NCBI GenBank assembly: GCA_963708135.1
Contig: OY970192.1
Coordinates: 288,001-352,000 of the forward strand
From: an uncultured Gemmatimonadales bacterium
GTDB lineage: Bacteria > Gemmatimonadota > Gemmatimonadetes > Longimicrobiales > RSA9
Direction of reading: 5' to 3'
Length of the DNA: 64,000 bases
Below, one piece after another: positions 10,117 to 19,397 of this stretch. Numbering within the stretch: the stretch's first letter is position 1; every line of letters starts with the position of its first letter. The notes beneath the pieces are model-generated. The model did no database searches and was not told the DNA's origin. It was given only the letters and a program-made list of their open reading frames with translations. A program made the position numbers and the translations under genes.

Positions 10117-12585
10117 ATGCCCGTGGGATCCGATCTCCGCCACGCCATCCGCTCCCTCGGCCGGAGCCCCGGCTTCACGCTCGCCGCGCTGCTCACGCTG
10201 GCGCTCGGCATCGGGGCGACGACGGCCGTCTTCACGCTCGTGGACCGCGTCGCCATCCGGCCGCTGCCGTACGCCACGGCGGGGCGGCTGGTCGATGTCG
10301 GCACCTCCTGGCCGAAGATCGGCACGGGCATGCGCGTGCACATCTCGCCGGCGGACTACTTCTACTTCCGGAGCCACGCGCGCACCCTCGAGGACATCGC
10401 GATCTACCAGACGGACCGCGTGAACGTGACGGGGAACGGCGCGGCGGAGCTGGTCCCCACCGTCGAGACGAGCGCGAGCATCTTCCACGTGCTCGGCGTG
10501 CGGCCCGCGCTGGGCCGGCTGCTGAACGAGCAGGACGACCGGCCGTCGGAGGTCGGCGAGAACGCCGTGGCACCCGGACCGGCGGAGCCGGTGGTGGTCC
10601 TCTCCCACGACTTCTGGGTCCGGCGCTACGGCGGCGACCCCGCGATCGTCGGGCGCACGATCCAGGTCGAGGGACGGGCAATGCCGGTCGTGGGCGTGCT
10701 GCCGGCGCGGGCACAGCTGCCGGAGCTGGACGCCGACCTCTGGCTGCCGCTGGGGCTGAACCCCGCCGGGCGGGCCACGAACTGGCACACCCTCAAGTCG
10801 ATCGCGCTGCTCCGCCGCGGCGCCACGGTCGAGGCCGCGCAGCGCGAGCTGGACGGCTTCCGGCGCCGGTTCGTGGAGCTCTTCCCGAGCGCCTACAGTG
10901 ACGACTTCATGCGCTCGACCGGTTTCCACATGGACGTGCGCTCGCTGCGCGAGATCGTGCTCGGCGGCGTGGGCCGCGCGCTGTGGGTGCTTCTCGGCGC
11001 CGTCGCCCTGGTGCTGCTCATCGCGTGCGCGAACGTGGCCAACCTCTTCCTCGTGCGCGCCGCGGGCCGACAGCGCGAGGTGGCCGTGCGCCGCGCGCTC
11101 GGTGCCGACCGGCGTCGCCTGGCGGGCCACTACGTGACCGAGTCGCTCGTGCTCTCGCTCGCCGGCGGCGCGCTGGGCGCGCTCCTCGCCTGGGGCGGGC
11201 TGCGGCTGCTGCTTCGCCTCTCGCCGAGCTGGCTGCCGCGCCTCGAGGAGATCCACATGGACGCCGCCAGCCTCGGCTTCGCCCTCGGCGTGGCGGTGCT
11301 CGCCGGCACCCTCTTCGGCCTGTTCCCGCTGCTGCGCGTCGGCGCCCCCGACGCCGTGCTGCGCGGGAGCGGCCGGAGCGGAGCGACGACGCGCCGCCAG
11401 CACGCCTTCCGGCGCGCGCTCATCGTGGCGCAGATGGCGCTCTCGCTCGTGCTCCTCGCCGCGGCCGGGCTCATGGTGCGGAGCTTCGTCCACCTGCGGG
11501 CGGTGGACCCGGGGATGAAGCCGCGCGGGGTCGTCGCCATCGGGCTGGTGCTGCCGCAGAGCAGCTACGGGACCTACGACGCGGTGGCCCGCTTCTACCG
11601 GGCGCTCACCGCGCGCGTCGAGGCGCTGCCCGGCGTGACGAGCGCGGGGCTCGTGGCCACGCTGCCGCTCAGCGGCGAGATCGGCTGCAACGGCCTGGCC
11701 TTCGAGTCGCGCCCGGGCGAGGACCACTGCGTGGGCGTGAACATCGTCTCGCCCGGCGCGTTCCGCGCGCTCGGCATCGACGTGCGCGGGCGCGTGCCGG
11801 ACTGGGACCAGGCGGTGGCGGGGCGGGCGGGCGTGGTCGTGAGCCCCGCGTTCGCGCGCCGCTTCTGGCCCGGCCAGGATCCCGTCGGCCAGGGCGTGCG
11901 CGGGAACGGCCGCGGCCCCGTCTACTATCCCGTCGTCGGCGTCACGGGCGCCGTCCGCTACGCCGGGCTCGACCAGCCGGCCGAGGAGATGGCCTACTTC
12001 CCGATGGTTCCGACCGAGGGCGCGCCACTGTGGAACCCGCCGCGCTGGCTCACGCTCGTCGTGCGCACGGGACTCGCCCGCCCCACGTCCGTCGTCCCGC
12101 TCGTCCGCCGCACCCTGGCCGCGCTGGATCCCGGCATCCCGGTGGCGGACGTCACCACGATGGACGAGGTCATCGCCCGCTCCACCGCGCGCTGGTCCTT
12201 CGCGCTCATGCTGCTCGGCGTGGCCGCCGCCATGGCCCTCGTGCTGAGCGTCGTCGGACTCTACGGCGTCATCGCCTACCTCGTGGCCGACCGCACCCCC
12301 GAGATCGGCATCCGCATGGCGCTCGGCGCGCGCGTCGGCCAGGTGACGGGCGCGTTCGTCGCGCAGTCGGCGCGCATGGCCGCGCTCGGCATCCTCCTCG
12401 GCCTCGCCGCCGCCCTGCTGGCGACGCGGGCGCTCCGCTCGCTCCTCTTCGACGTCAGCGCCACCGACCCGCTCACACTTTCCGCCGTGGCCGCCCTGCT
12501 GCTGGCCGTGGCGCTCCTCGCCAGCTGGCTGCCCGCGCGCCGGGCCGCGCGGGTGGACCCCGCCCGGGCGCTTCGGACGGAGTGA
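10117..12585 (+). CDS. ADOP-family duplicated ABC permease
   Basis: AAGGAGG RBS before ATG 10117. DLRHAIRSL..PGFT..LTLALGIGA, LLIACANVANL, EIGIRMALGA, RVDPARALRTE. Confidence 0.93.
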   Translation: MPVGSDLRHAIRSLGRSPGFTLAALLTLALGIGATTAVFTLVDRVAIRPLPYATAGRLVDVGTSWPKIGTGMRVHISPADYFYFRSHARTLEDIAIYQTDRVNVTGNGAAELVPTVETSASIFHVLGVRPALGRLLNEQDDRPSEVGENAVAPGPAEPVVVLSHDFWVRRYGGDPAIVGRTIQVEGRAMPVVGVLPARAQLPELDADLWLPLGLNPAGRATNWHTLKSIALLRRGATVEAAQRELDGFRRRFVELFPSAYSDDFMRSTGFHMDVRSLREIVLGGVGRALWVLLGAVALVLLIACANVANLFLVRAAGRQREVAVRRALGADRRRLAGHYVTESLVLSLAGGALGALLAWGGLRLLLRLSPSWLPRLEEIHMDAASLGFALGVAVLAGTLFGLFPLLRVGAPDAVLRGSGRSGATTRRQHAFRRALIVAQMALSLVLLAAAGLMVRSFVHLRAVDPGMKPRGVVAIGLVLPQSSYGTYDAVARFYRALTARVEALPGVTSAGLVATLPLSGEIGCNGLAFESRPGEDHCVGVNIVSPGAFRALGIDVRGRVPDWDQAVAGRAGVVVSPAFARRFWPGQDPVGQGVRGNGRGPVYYPVVGVTGAVRYAGLDQPAEEMAYFPMVPTEGAPLWNPPRWLTLVVRTGLARPTSVVPLVRRTLAALDPGIPVADVTTMDEVIARSTARWSFALMLLGVAAAMALVLSVVGLYGVIAYLVADRTPEIGIRMALGARVGQVTGAFVAQSARMAALGILLGLAAALLATRALRSLLFDVSATDPLTLSAVAALLLAVALLASWLPARRAARVDPARALRTE

Positions 12586-13012
12586 GCTGCAGCCGCACGC
12601 GGCCGGGCCGGGCGCGGGGGCGGGCAAGATCGGCGAGTGGACCTCTCGGTGTGGATCGAGATCGCCTTCTTGATCGGAATTCGAGAAGAAAGGCGCACCG
12701 GCCGCCTCTTGGCGATGCCGCGACCGCGATCTTGCTCGATTTCCGGGATGTTTCGCGATCTGGTCGGTCCTGCGCCCGGCCATTGCGCCATCTTGATCGG
12801 GCAATCGACGGGCTTCGTGGTCGATGAGCCGCGCTGCCGCAACCGGTCGGCGGCGGCAGCGCCGTCGCCTGCGGGAATGCCTTCCCGTCCGGGACCTCGA
12901 GAGAGGGGCGGCAGCGCGGCCGCACATTCGTGACTCGCCTCTCGCGCACGCGCGCGGAACTCCCTAGAATCCCGGGCCGTAGAACGGCACCTCCAGCGGA
13001 CAAGGAGCCAGC

Positions 13013-15301
13013 GTGCAGCCAACGATCGAATCCAGGCCGGGGACGAGCGGGCGCGTCCTGCTCGGCGCCCTCGCCGTCCTCGCGGCGGCCGCCCCGCTCG
13101 GCGCGCAGCAGGCGGCGAAGGAGACTCTTGAAAGCGTCCCGGCGGCGCTCGCGGCGAGTGGAATCCTGGCCGGGCGGCCGGGCCCGCAGAGCGTCAACTG
13201 GATCGAGGGCGGCGCCGCGTTCTCCTACACGACGTACAACCAGGAGACGAAGCGTGAGGAGGTCCACCGCTACGACCCGAACGCGCTCCAGGACGCGCTG
13301 CTCTTCGACAACCGGGTGCTCACCATGCCGGGCGAGTCGAAGCCGCTCGAGTACCGCTCCTTCCAGTGGGCCGCGGACTCCCGCCACGTCGTGTTCGAGG
13401 CCAACTTCCGCAGGATCTACCGCCGCTCGGGGCTGGCGGACTTCTACATCTACGACACGAAGGACCACACGCTGAAGCTGGCGGTGAAGGACGCGCGCAC
13501 GGCGGAGCTCGCGCCGGACGGCTCCGTCGTCGGGTTCGAACGTGGCGGCAACATGTACATCTACGACATCGCCGCCGGCCGCGAGACCCAGCTCACGGAT
13601 GATGCCACCGACAGCATCTTCAACGGCGTGCACGACTGGGTCTACGAGGAGGAGTTCGGCGAGGCGCAGGCGTGGAAGTGGTCGCCGGACAGCCGCCACA
13701 TCGCCTTCTGGCAAACGGACGAGCACCAGGTCCCGTTCGTCCAGATCACCAACTACGCCGGCCACCACCCGAAGTGGGAGCACATCAACTACCCCGAGGT
13801 CGGCGACCACAACCCGGTGGTGAAGATCGGCGTCGTGGACGTCAAGAGCGGCAGGACCACCTGGCTCGACACCGGCCTCACCGGCGACGTCTACATCCCG
13901 CGCATCTACTGGACGTCCGAGCCCAACACGCTGGCCGTCGTCACCCTCGACCGGCCGCAGAACCATGTCCGGCTGTTCTTCTTCGACGTGACCACCGGCC
14001 AGCGCAGGCAGGTGTTCGAGGAGACGAGCGACACCTGGATCGACGTCTACGACTTTTACGCGGGCATCAACGACTTCTTCACATTCCCCACCGGCCTGAA
14101 GGAGTTCTTCTGGGTCTCCGACCGCGACGGGCACCAGCACGTCTACCGCTACGGCTACGACGGCAAGCTGATCGACCAGGTCACGAAGGGGCCGTTCACC
14201 GTCACGCGCGTCGAGGCCGTCAACCCCAGGACGAAGACCCTCTACTTCACCTCCACCGAGGTCTCCCCGCTCCAGCGCCAGCTCTACGCCATCGGTTTCG
14301 ACGGCACCGGCAAGCGGCGCATCACGCAGGCGCCCGGGACCCACGACATCGACATGTCCCCCGACGGGCGCTTCTTCATCGACTCCTGGTCCAGCACCAC
14401 GCAGCCGCGCCAGGTCGAGCTCTGGAGCACGGCCGGCGGCGGCAAGAAGCTCAAGACCCTCGAGGACAACGCCGCCACCTCCGAGTGGCTGAAGACGCAC
14501 GCCTACTCGCCGCAGGAGAACTTCAGCTTCACCACGAGCGACGGCGTCCGCCTCGACGGCTCCATGATCCGGCCGCCCGACTTCGACCCGTCGAAGAAAT
14601 ACCCCGTCCTCATGTCCGTCTACGGCGGGCCCGGCTCGCAGCAGGTCTACGACTCCTGGACCAGCAACGGCTGGGACCAGTACCTCGCCCAGCACGGCTA
14701 CATCGTGGTCGGCCTCAACAACCGCGGCACCAACAACTACAGCCGCGACTTCATGAAGGTCGTCTACGAGCACCTCGGCAAGTGGGAGAGCAACGACTTC
14801 GCCGAGGCCGCGAAGTGGCTCGCCTCCCAGCCATGGGTCGATTCCAGGCACATGGCCATCCAGGGCACCAGCTACGGCGGCTACAGCACCGTCTACACCC
14901 TGCTCACCCACCCCGGCGTCTTCGCGCTCGGCATCGCCAACTCGCCCGTCACCGACTGGCGCCTCTACGACACCATCTACACCGAGCGCTACATGGGCCT
15001 GCTCTCCGACAACGAGAAGGGCTACGAGCAGAGCGCCGCCATGCCCTACGCCGACAGCCTCCAGGCCCACCTCCTCCTCGTCCACTCCGCCATGGACGAG
15101 AACGTCCATCCCCAGAACACCATGCAGCTCCTCACCGCCCTCACCAACGCCGGCAAGGACGTCGAGCTGCGGTTCTACCCGCCCGGCGCCCACGGCGCCG
15201 CCTACAACCGCGAGAGCTACGTCACCATGACCGAGGTCTACACGAACGAGCTCTGCCGCTGGCTCAAGCCCGGCTGTACTCCGGTGAACCTGAACCAGTG
15301 A
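13013..15301 (+). CDS. Dipeptidyl peptidase IV-like S9 family peptidase, secreted
   Basis: AAGGAG RBS with GTG start. DWVYEEE, VYGGPGSQ, GTSYGG nucleophile, YDTIYTERYMG, DENVH and catalytic HG. Confidence 0.93.
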   Translation: MQPTIESRPGTSGRVLLGALAVLAAAAPLGAQQAAKETLESVPAALAASGILAGRPGPQSVNWIEGGAAFSYTTYNQETKREEVHRYDPNALQDALLFDNRVLTMPGESKPLEYRSFQWAADSRHVVFEANFRRIYRRSGLADFYIYDTKDHTLKLAVKDARTAELAPDGSVVGFERGGNMYIYDIAAGRETQLTDDATDSIFNGVHDWVYEEEFGEAQAWKWSPDSRHIAFWQTDEHQVPFVQITNYAGHHPKWEHINYPEVGDHNPVVKIGVVDVKSGRTTWLDTGLTGDVYIPRIYWTSEPNTLAVVTLDRPQNHVRLFFFDVTTGQRRQVFEETSDTWIDVYDFYAGINDFFTFPTGLKEFFWVSDRDGHQHVYRYGYDGKLIDQVTKGPFTVTRVEAVNPRTKTLYFTSTEVSPLQRQLYAIGFDGTGKRRITQAPGTHDIDMSPDGRFFIDSWSSTTQPRQVELWSTAGGGKKLKTLEDNAATSEWLKTHAYSPQENFSFTTSDGVRLDGSMIRPPDFDPSKKYPVLMSVYGGPGSQQVYDSWTSNGWDQYLAQHGYIVVGLNNRGTNNYSRDFMKVVYEHLGKWESNDFAEAAKWLASQPWVDSRHMAIQGTSYGGYSTVYTLLTHPGVFALGIANSPVTDWRLYDTIYTERYMGLLSDNEKGYEQSAAMPYADSLQAHLLLVHSAMDENVHPQNTMQLLTALTNAGKDVELRFYPPGAHGAAYNRESYVTMTEVYTNELCRWLKPGCTPVNLNQ

Positions 15302-15400
15302 CCCCCGGTTCCTCCACGCCACTCCTCCCCAGAGTGGGGGAGTGGGAGAGTGGGGGACCCGAGCGACGCTCGCCGCGCCCGCCGCGGACGCGACGCTCCC

Positions 15401-15795
15401 GAGGCCCGGCGCCGCCTCCCGCGCGCCGTGAGGCTTGCGAGGCCCGGCGCCGTTCCCGGGCGCCGCGAAGGTCGCGAGGCCCGGCGCCGTTCCGGGGCGC
15501 CGTGAGGCTTGCGAGGCCCGGCGCCGTTCCCGGGCGCCGCGAAGGTCGCGAGGCCCGGCGCCGTTCCGGGGCGCCGTGAGGCTTGCGAGGCCCGGCGCCG
15601 TTCCCGGGCGCCGCGAAGGTCGCGAGGCCCGGCGCCGTTCCGGGGCGCCGTGAAGCCCGCGAGGCCCGGCGCAGGTTCCGGGCGTCGCGGAGGTCGCGAG
15701 GCCCGGCGCCGTGAAGCTTGCGAGGCCCGGCGCAGTTCCCGGGCGCCGCAAAGGTCGCGAGGCCCGGGCCGTTCCCGGCGCCCCGAAGCCGGCCC
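15401..15795. repeat. Tandem array of about 11 units of 37 bp, alternating A/B variants (74-bp period in the core), each with an internal hairpin
   Basis: Units begin GAGGCCCGG at 15401, 15439, 15476, 15513, 15550, 15587, 15624, 15661, 15698 (short), 15722 and 15759. Core CGGCGCC-7nt-GGCGCCG stem. Tails alternate CGAAGGTCGC and TGAGGCTTGC. Confidence 0.95.
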
Positions 15796-15896
15796 GGAGT
15801 CTCCCACTCTCCCGCTCTCCCACTCTGTCACTCTGTCACTCTGTCACCCCCGGCCCCCTCCCGCACCCCCTCCCTCACCCCCGCGAGCGCCGCCCC

Positions 15897-15951
15897 TTGA
15901 CACGCCCCCTGGCACGAGTGTAGCATGGACCGCGTTGAGACTGATTCTCAA
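15897..15951 (+). promoter_or_regulatory. Sigma70 promoter followed by a Fur-like operator
   Basis: TTGACA(15897)-18nt-TAGCAT(15921). Inverted repeat TTGAGA-CTGAT-TCTCAA (15935-15951) contains TGAGACT-G-ATTCTCA, close to the Fur 7-1-7 pattern. Lies upstream of an iron permease. Confidence 0.75.
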
Positions 15952-15978
15952 GCTCACTCGGGCCACCACTCAGCCGCC

Positions 15979-17058
15979 ATGCCACACGTACAGCACGAGT
16001 CCGCCGCCACCGGGGCCGCCGTCGGGGCCTCCACCGCCGCCACGCGCGCGGGGACGCGCACCGGCCGGGCGGGCCGCGCGGCGCCGCGCCGGCCCACGCT
16101 GTGGAAGACCTTCTTCGCTCTCGCCGCGCTGGCGGTGGCGGGGGTTCTCCTGTGGGCGGGGCTGGTGGCGGGGGGGAGCCCGGATCCGCTGACGCGGAAC
16201 ACGGGCTCGCGGGCGGCGGTGGTGGACATCGGGGTGCTGGTGTTCCGTGAGGGGCTGGAGTGCATCCTGGTGCTGGCGGCGATCACGGCGAGCATGGTGG
16301 GCACGAGCCAGTCGTACCGGAAGCCGATCGCGGCGGGGGCGGCGCTGGGGTTCGTGGCGACGCTGCTGACGTGGGCGGGGGCAGTGCGGGTGGTGGACGC
16401 GCTGACGACGAGCATCTCGGCGCTTTACGTGCAGGCGATCACGGGGCTGCTGGCGATCGTGGTGCTGGTGATCGTGATGAACTGGTTCTTCCACAAGGTC
16501 TACTGGACGGGCTGGATCTCGATGCACAACCGGCGCAAGCGGGCGCTGCTGGACAGTGTGGAGCGCTCGGACCGGTCGCGGGCGAGGGTGCTTTGGGGCT
16601 TTGCTGCGCTGGGGTTCACGTCGCTGTACCGCGAGGGCTTCGAGGTCGTGCTGTTCCTGCAGAACTACCGGCTGAAGCTGGGGGGGCCGCCGGTGGGGTG
16701 GGGGGTGCTGGTGGGGCTGCTGCTGACGGGGGTGGTGGCGGTGCTGACGTTCGTCGCGCACCGTCGTCTGCCGTACCGCCGCATGCTGGTGCTGACGGGG
16801 ATCCTGCTCGGCGCGGTGCTGCTGGTGATGGTGGGCGAGCAGGCGCAGGAGATGCAGCTCGCGCACATGATTCCGACGACGGTGATCCCGTGGCTGGCGG
16901 CGCTCGTCCCGTCGTGGATGAGCCTGTGGTTCGCGGTGTTCCCGACGGTCGAGACGCTGACGGCGCAGCTGATCGCGGCGCTGCTGGTGCTCGGCTCCTA
17001 CCTCGTGGTCCGGCTGCAGCTCTCGCGGCTGGCCCGGGGCGCGACGGCGCGGGCCTGA
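15979..17058 (+). CDS. FTR1-family iron permease (EfeU-like)
   Basis: Two RExxE motifs (REGLE, REGFE) and multiple TM helices. Start placed at 15979 because ATG 15925 overlaps the -10 element. Confidence 0.9.
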   Translation: MPHVQHESAATGAAVGASTAATRAGTRTGRAGRAAPRRPTLWKTFFALAALAVAGVLLWAGLVAGGSPDPLTRNTGSRAAVVDIGVLVFREGLECILVLAAITASMVGTSQSYRKPIAAGAALGFVATLLTWAGAVRVVDALTTSISALYVQAITGLLAIVVLVIVMNWFFHKVYWTGWISMHNRRKRALLDSVERSDRSRARVLWGFAALGFTSLYREGFEVVLFLQNYRLKLGGPPVGWGVLVGLLLTGVVAVLTFVAHRRLPYRRMLVLTGILLGAVLLVMVGEQAQEMQLAHMIPTTVIPWLAALVPSWMSLWFAVFPTVETLTAQLIAALLVLGSYLVVRLQLSRLARGATARA

Positions 17059-17269
17059 TCGCCCGCGCGCCCTCCTCCTCCTCCAGTCCCGCACCCTGGC
17101 GGCCGCTGGTTCGCGGCCCCGCTCCATGGCATGCCGATTGTCCCATCTTCTCCGCCTGCCGCCGCTCGGCGCAGGCGACGCTGTCCCTGGCGGCCGCCGG
17201 TCCCGCCCCGTTCCGGCCCGTCCGCCGGGCGCCGGCGTTCCGGGGGCATGACGGAGCCGCGCGGGCTCG

Positions 17270-17310
17270 TCGCATACAGGATTGTATTCCGTTTCCCGCT
17301 GTATTATCCT
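17270..17310 (+). promoter_or_regulatory. Promoter with GntR-like box abutting the -35 element
   Basis: TCGCATACAG(17270)-GA-TTGTAT(17282)-17nt-TATCCT(17305). Same architecture as at 21303 and 53407. Confidence 0.6.
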
Positions 17311-17372
17311 GCACGGGTTCCCCTCGTCCCCACAACACCACTCGCGCGGCAACGCCGCGAGGAGGCATCCAG

Positions 17373-19318
17373 ATGCGACGCTCGATCGTCACGGGAATTC
17401 TCGCGGGCCTCGGGATCGTCGCCATGGCGCCGTCACTGGCGTGGGCGCAGGCTGGGGCGGATGCCGCGGCGCGGCCGGTGGCGAGTGCGGCGGCGCCGGC
17501 GGCGCGGCAGGGACCCACGGACGCGGTGGAGGTGGGGGCGTTCATGGACGGGATGATGGCGGCGCAGCTCAAGGACAAGAAGGTGGAGGGCGCGACGGTG
17601 GCGGTGGTGCGGGATGGCAAGCTGCTGTTTGCGAAGGGGTACGGCTGGGCGGACCTGGCGAAGCACGTTCCGGTGGACCCGGAGAAGACGCTGTTCCGGA
17701 TCGGCTCGGTGTCGAAGCTGTTCACGTGGACGGCGCTGATGCAGCTGGTGGACGAGGGGAAGGTGGATCTGCACGCGGACGTGAACAAGTATCTGGACTT
17801 CAAGATTCCGGACACGTATCCGGGCCACCCGATCACGGTGTGGAACCTGATGACGCACACGCCGGGGTTCGAGGACCGGGGCTTCTCGCTGTTCAGCGAG
17901 ACGAGCGAGCCGCGTGGGAGGTTCCTGGCGGAGCACATTCCGGCGCGGGTGCGGCTGCCGGGGACGTACTCGGCGTACTCGAACTACGGCGCGGCGCTGG
18001 CGGGCTACATCGTGGAGCGGGTGAGCGGTCAGTCGTGGGAGTCGTACGTGCGCCAGCACATCTTCGAGCCGCTCGGGATGCAGCACGCGGCGATGGAGCA
18101 GCCGCTGCCGAAGGACATTGCGGGGGACATGTCGGTGGGGTACGCGAAGGGCGGGGAGGAGCCGCAGCCGAAGGAGTTCGAGACACTGCTACCGATGGCG
18201 CCGGCGGGGAGCGGCAGCGTGAGCGCGGAGGACATGGGGCGCTTCATGATCGCGCAGCTGCAGAACGGGGAGTTCGAGGGCCGGCGGATCCTGTCGGACT
18301 CGATCGCGCGGCTCATGCACTCGCGGCAGTTCGCGCACGATCCGCGGCTGCCGGCCTTCGACCTGGGCTTCTACGAGCAGGATTCCCACGGCGTGCACAT
18401 CATCGGGCATGGCGGGGACACGCAGTGGTTCCACTCGGACCTGTCGCTCTTCCCGGATGAGAACCTGGGCGTGTTCGTGTCCTACAACACGGCGAGCGGG
18501 GGGAGGAGAGCTTCGGGCCGTTCCTGCAGCAGTTTCTCGACCACTACTACCCGCAGCCGCCGCGGCTATTGAAGGGCGCGCCCGCGCCGGACCTGGCGCC
18601 GTATCTCGGCAGCTACCGGCTCAACCGGATGTCGTACACGACGGCCGAGAAGGCGATGGGGCTGGCCTCGAAGATCACGGTGCAGGAGGACCCGAAGACG
18701 CCGGGCGGCCTCATCGTGGCGACGCCGCTCGGCCGCAAGCGCTACGTGGCCGCCGGCACCGACCTGTTCCAGGAGGTGGACGGCCCCGAGCAGGTGGCGT
18801 TCCAGGTGAAGGACGGGCAGGCGACGCACTTCTTCCTGAGCGACATGCCGATGATGGCGGCGGAGCGCGTCGCGTGGTACCAGGCGGCCACCTTCAGCCA
18901 GCTGGTCCTGGGCATCGCGCTGCTGCTCCTCCTCACCGTGCTGCTCGCGCTGCCCGGCCGCTGGCTCTTGCGCAAGCGCTTCCCGCAGATCCCGCCGATC
19001 GAGGGGCGGGCGCGCGTGGCCCGCTGGGTCGAATTCGCGGTCGCGGTGCTCGGCATCGGCTTCGTCATCGCCTTCGTGGTGGCGCTCAGCAACGCGGGCG
19101 GCCTCATGAAGGGGAACGGCGGGCCGATCTACTTCGCGCTCACGCTCTCGACGCTGGCGGCCGTGGGCACGCTCGCCCTGCTGTGGTACGCCATCCTCGC
19201 CTGGCGGCGAGGCCTCTTCGACATCTGGGGGCGCGTGCACTACACCCTCGTCACCGTCGGCGCCCTGGCCTTCGTCTGGGCGTTGGCGCAGTGGAACCTC
19301 CTCGGGTGGCGCCTCTGA
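17373..19318 (+). pseudogene. Serine hydrolase (beta-lactamase/S12 family) with C-terminal membrane anchor; frameshifted at G6 tract 18498-18503 (real lesion or sequencing error)
   Basis: GGAGG RBS and signal peptide. SxxK (GSVSK), YSN and HGG motifs. Adding one G restores SGGEESFGPFLQQFLDHYYP, running into ORF 18569..19318 (3 TM helices). Confidence 0.85.
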
Positions 19319-19397
19319 CGCGTTAGCGGCGCGCACTCCTCCCGCCGCCGTCGGCGGCCCCGCTGTGTGAGGCGGGTCCGCCGGCGGCCGGCACCTC

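Noticed and set aside
15401..15795. CRISPR array
   Set aside because: Units are contiguous with no unique spacers, and no cas genes are in the window.
12473..15823. Long antisense or alternate-frame ORFs (e.g. 12473..15823 -, 45882..49319 -, 59758..63798 -, most of 56356..60084 + and 1172..4093 +)
   Set aside because: Shadow ORFs typical of high-GC DNA. They overlap well-supported genes and are Arg/Pro/Ala-rich with no motifs; only the 3' parts noted as features are retained.
15925..15978. Longer N-terminus for FTR1 (ORF start 15925)
   Set aside because: This ATG overlaps the predicted -10 element and would translate through the operator.
15238..16192. ORFs spanning the 37-bp array
   Set aside because: The unit length is not a multiple of 3, translations are low-complexity, and there is no RBS.
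17373..19318. Beta-lactam resistance gene
   Set aside because: SxxK/YSN/HGG with a membrane anchor fits the broad serine hydrolase/peptidase family; there is no specific evidence for beta-lactamase activity.
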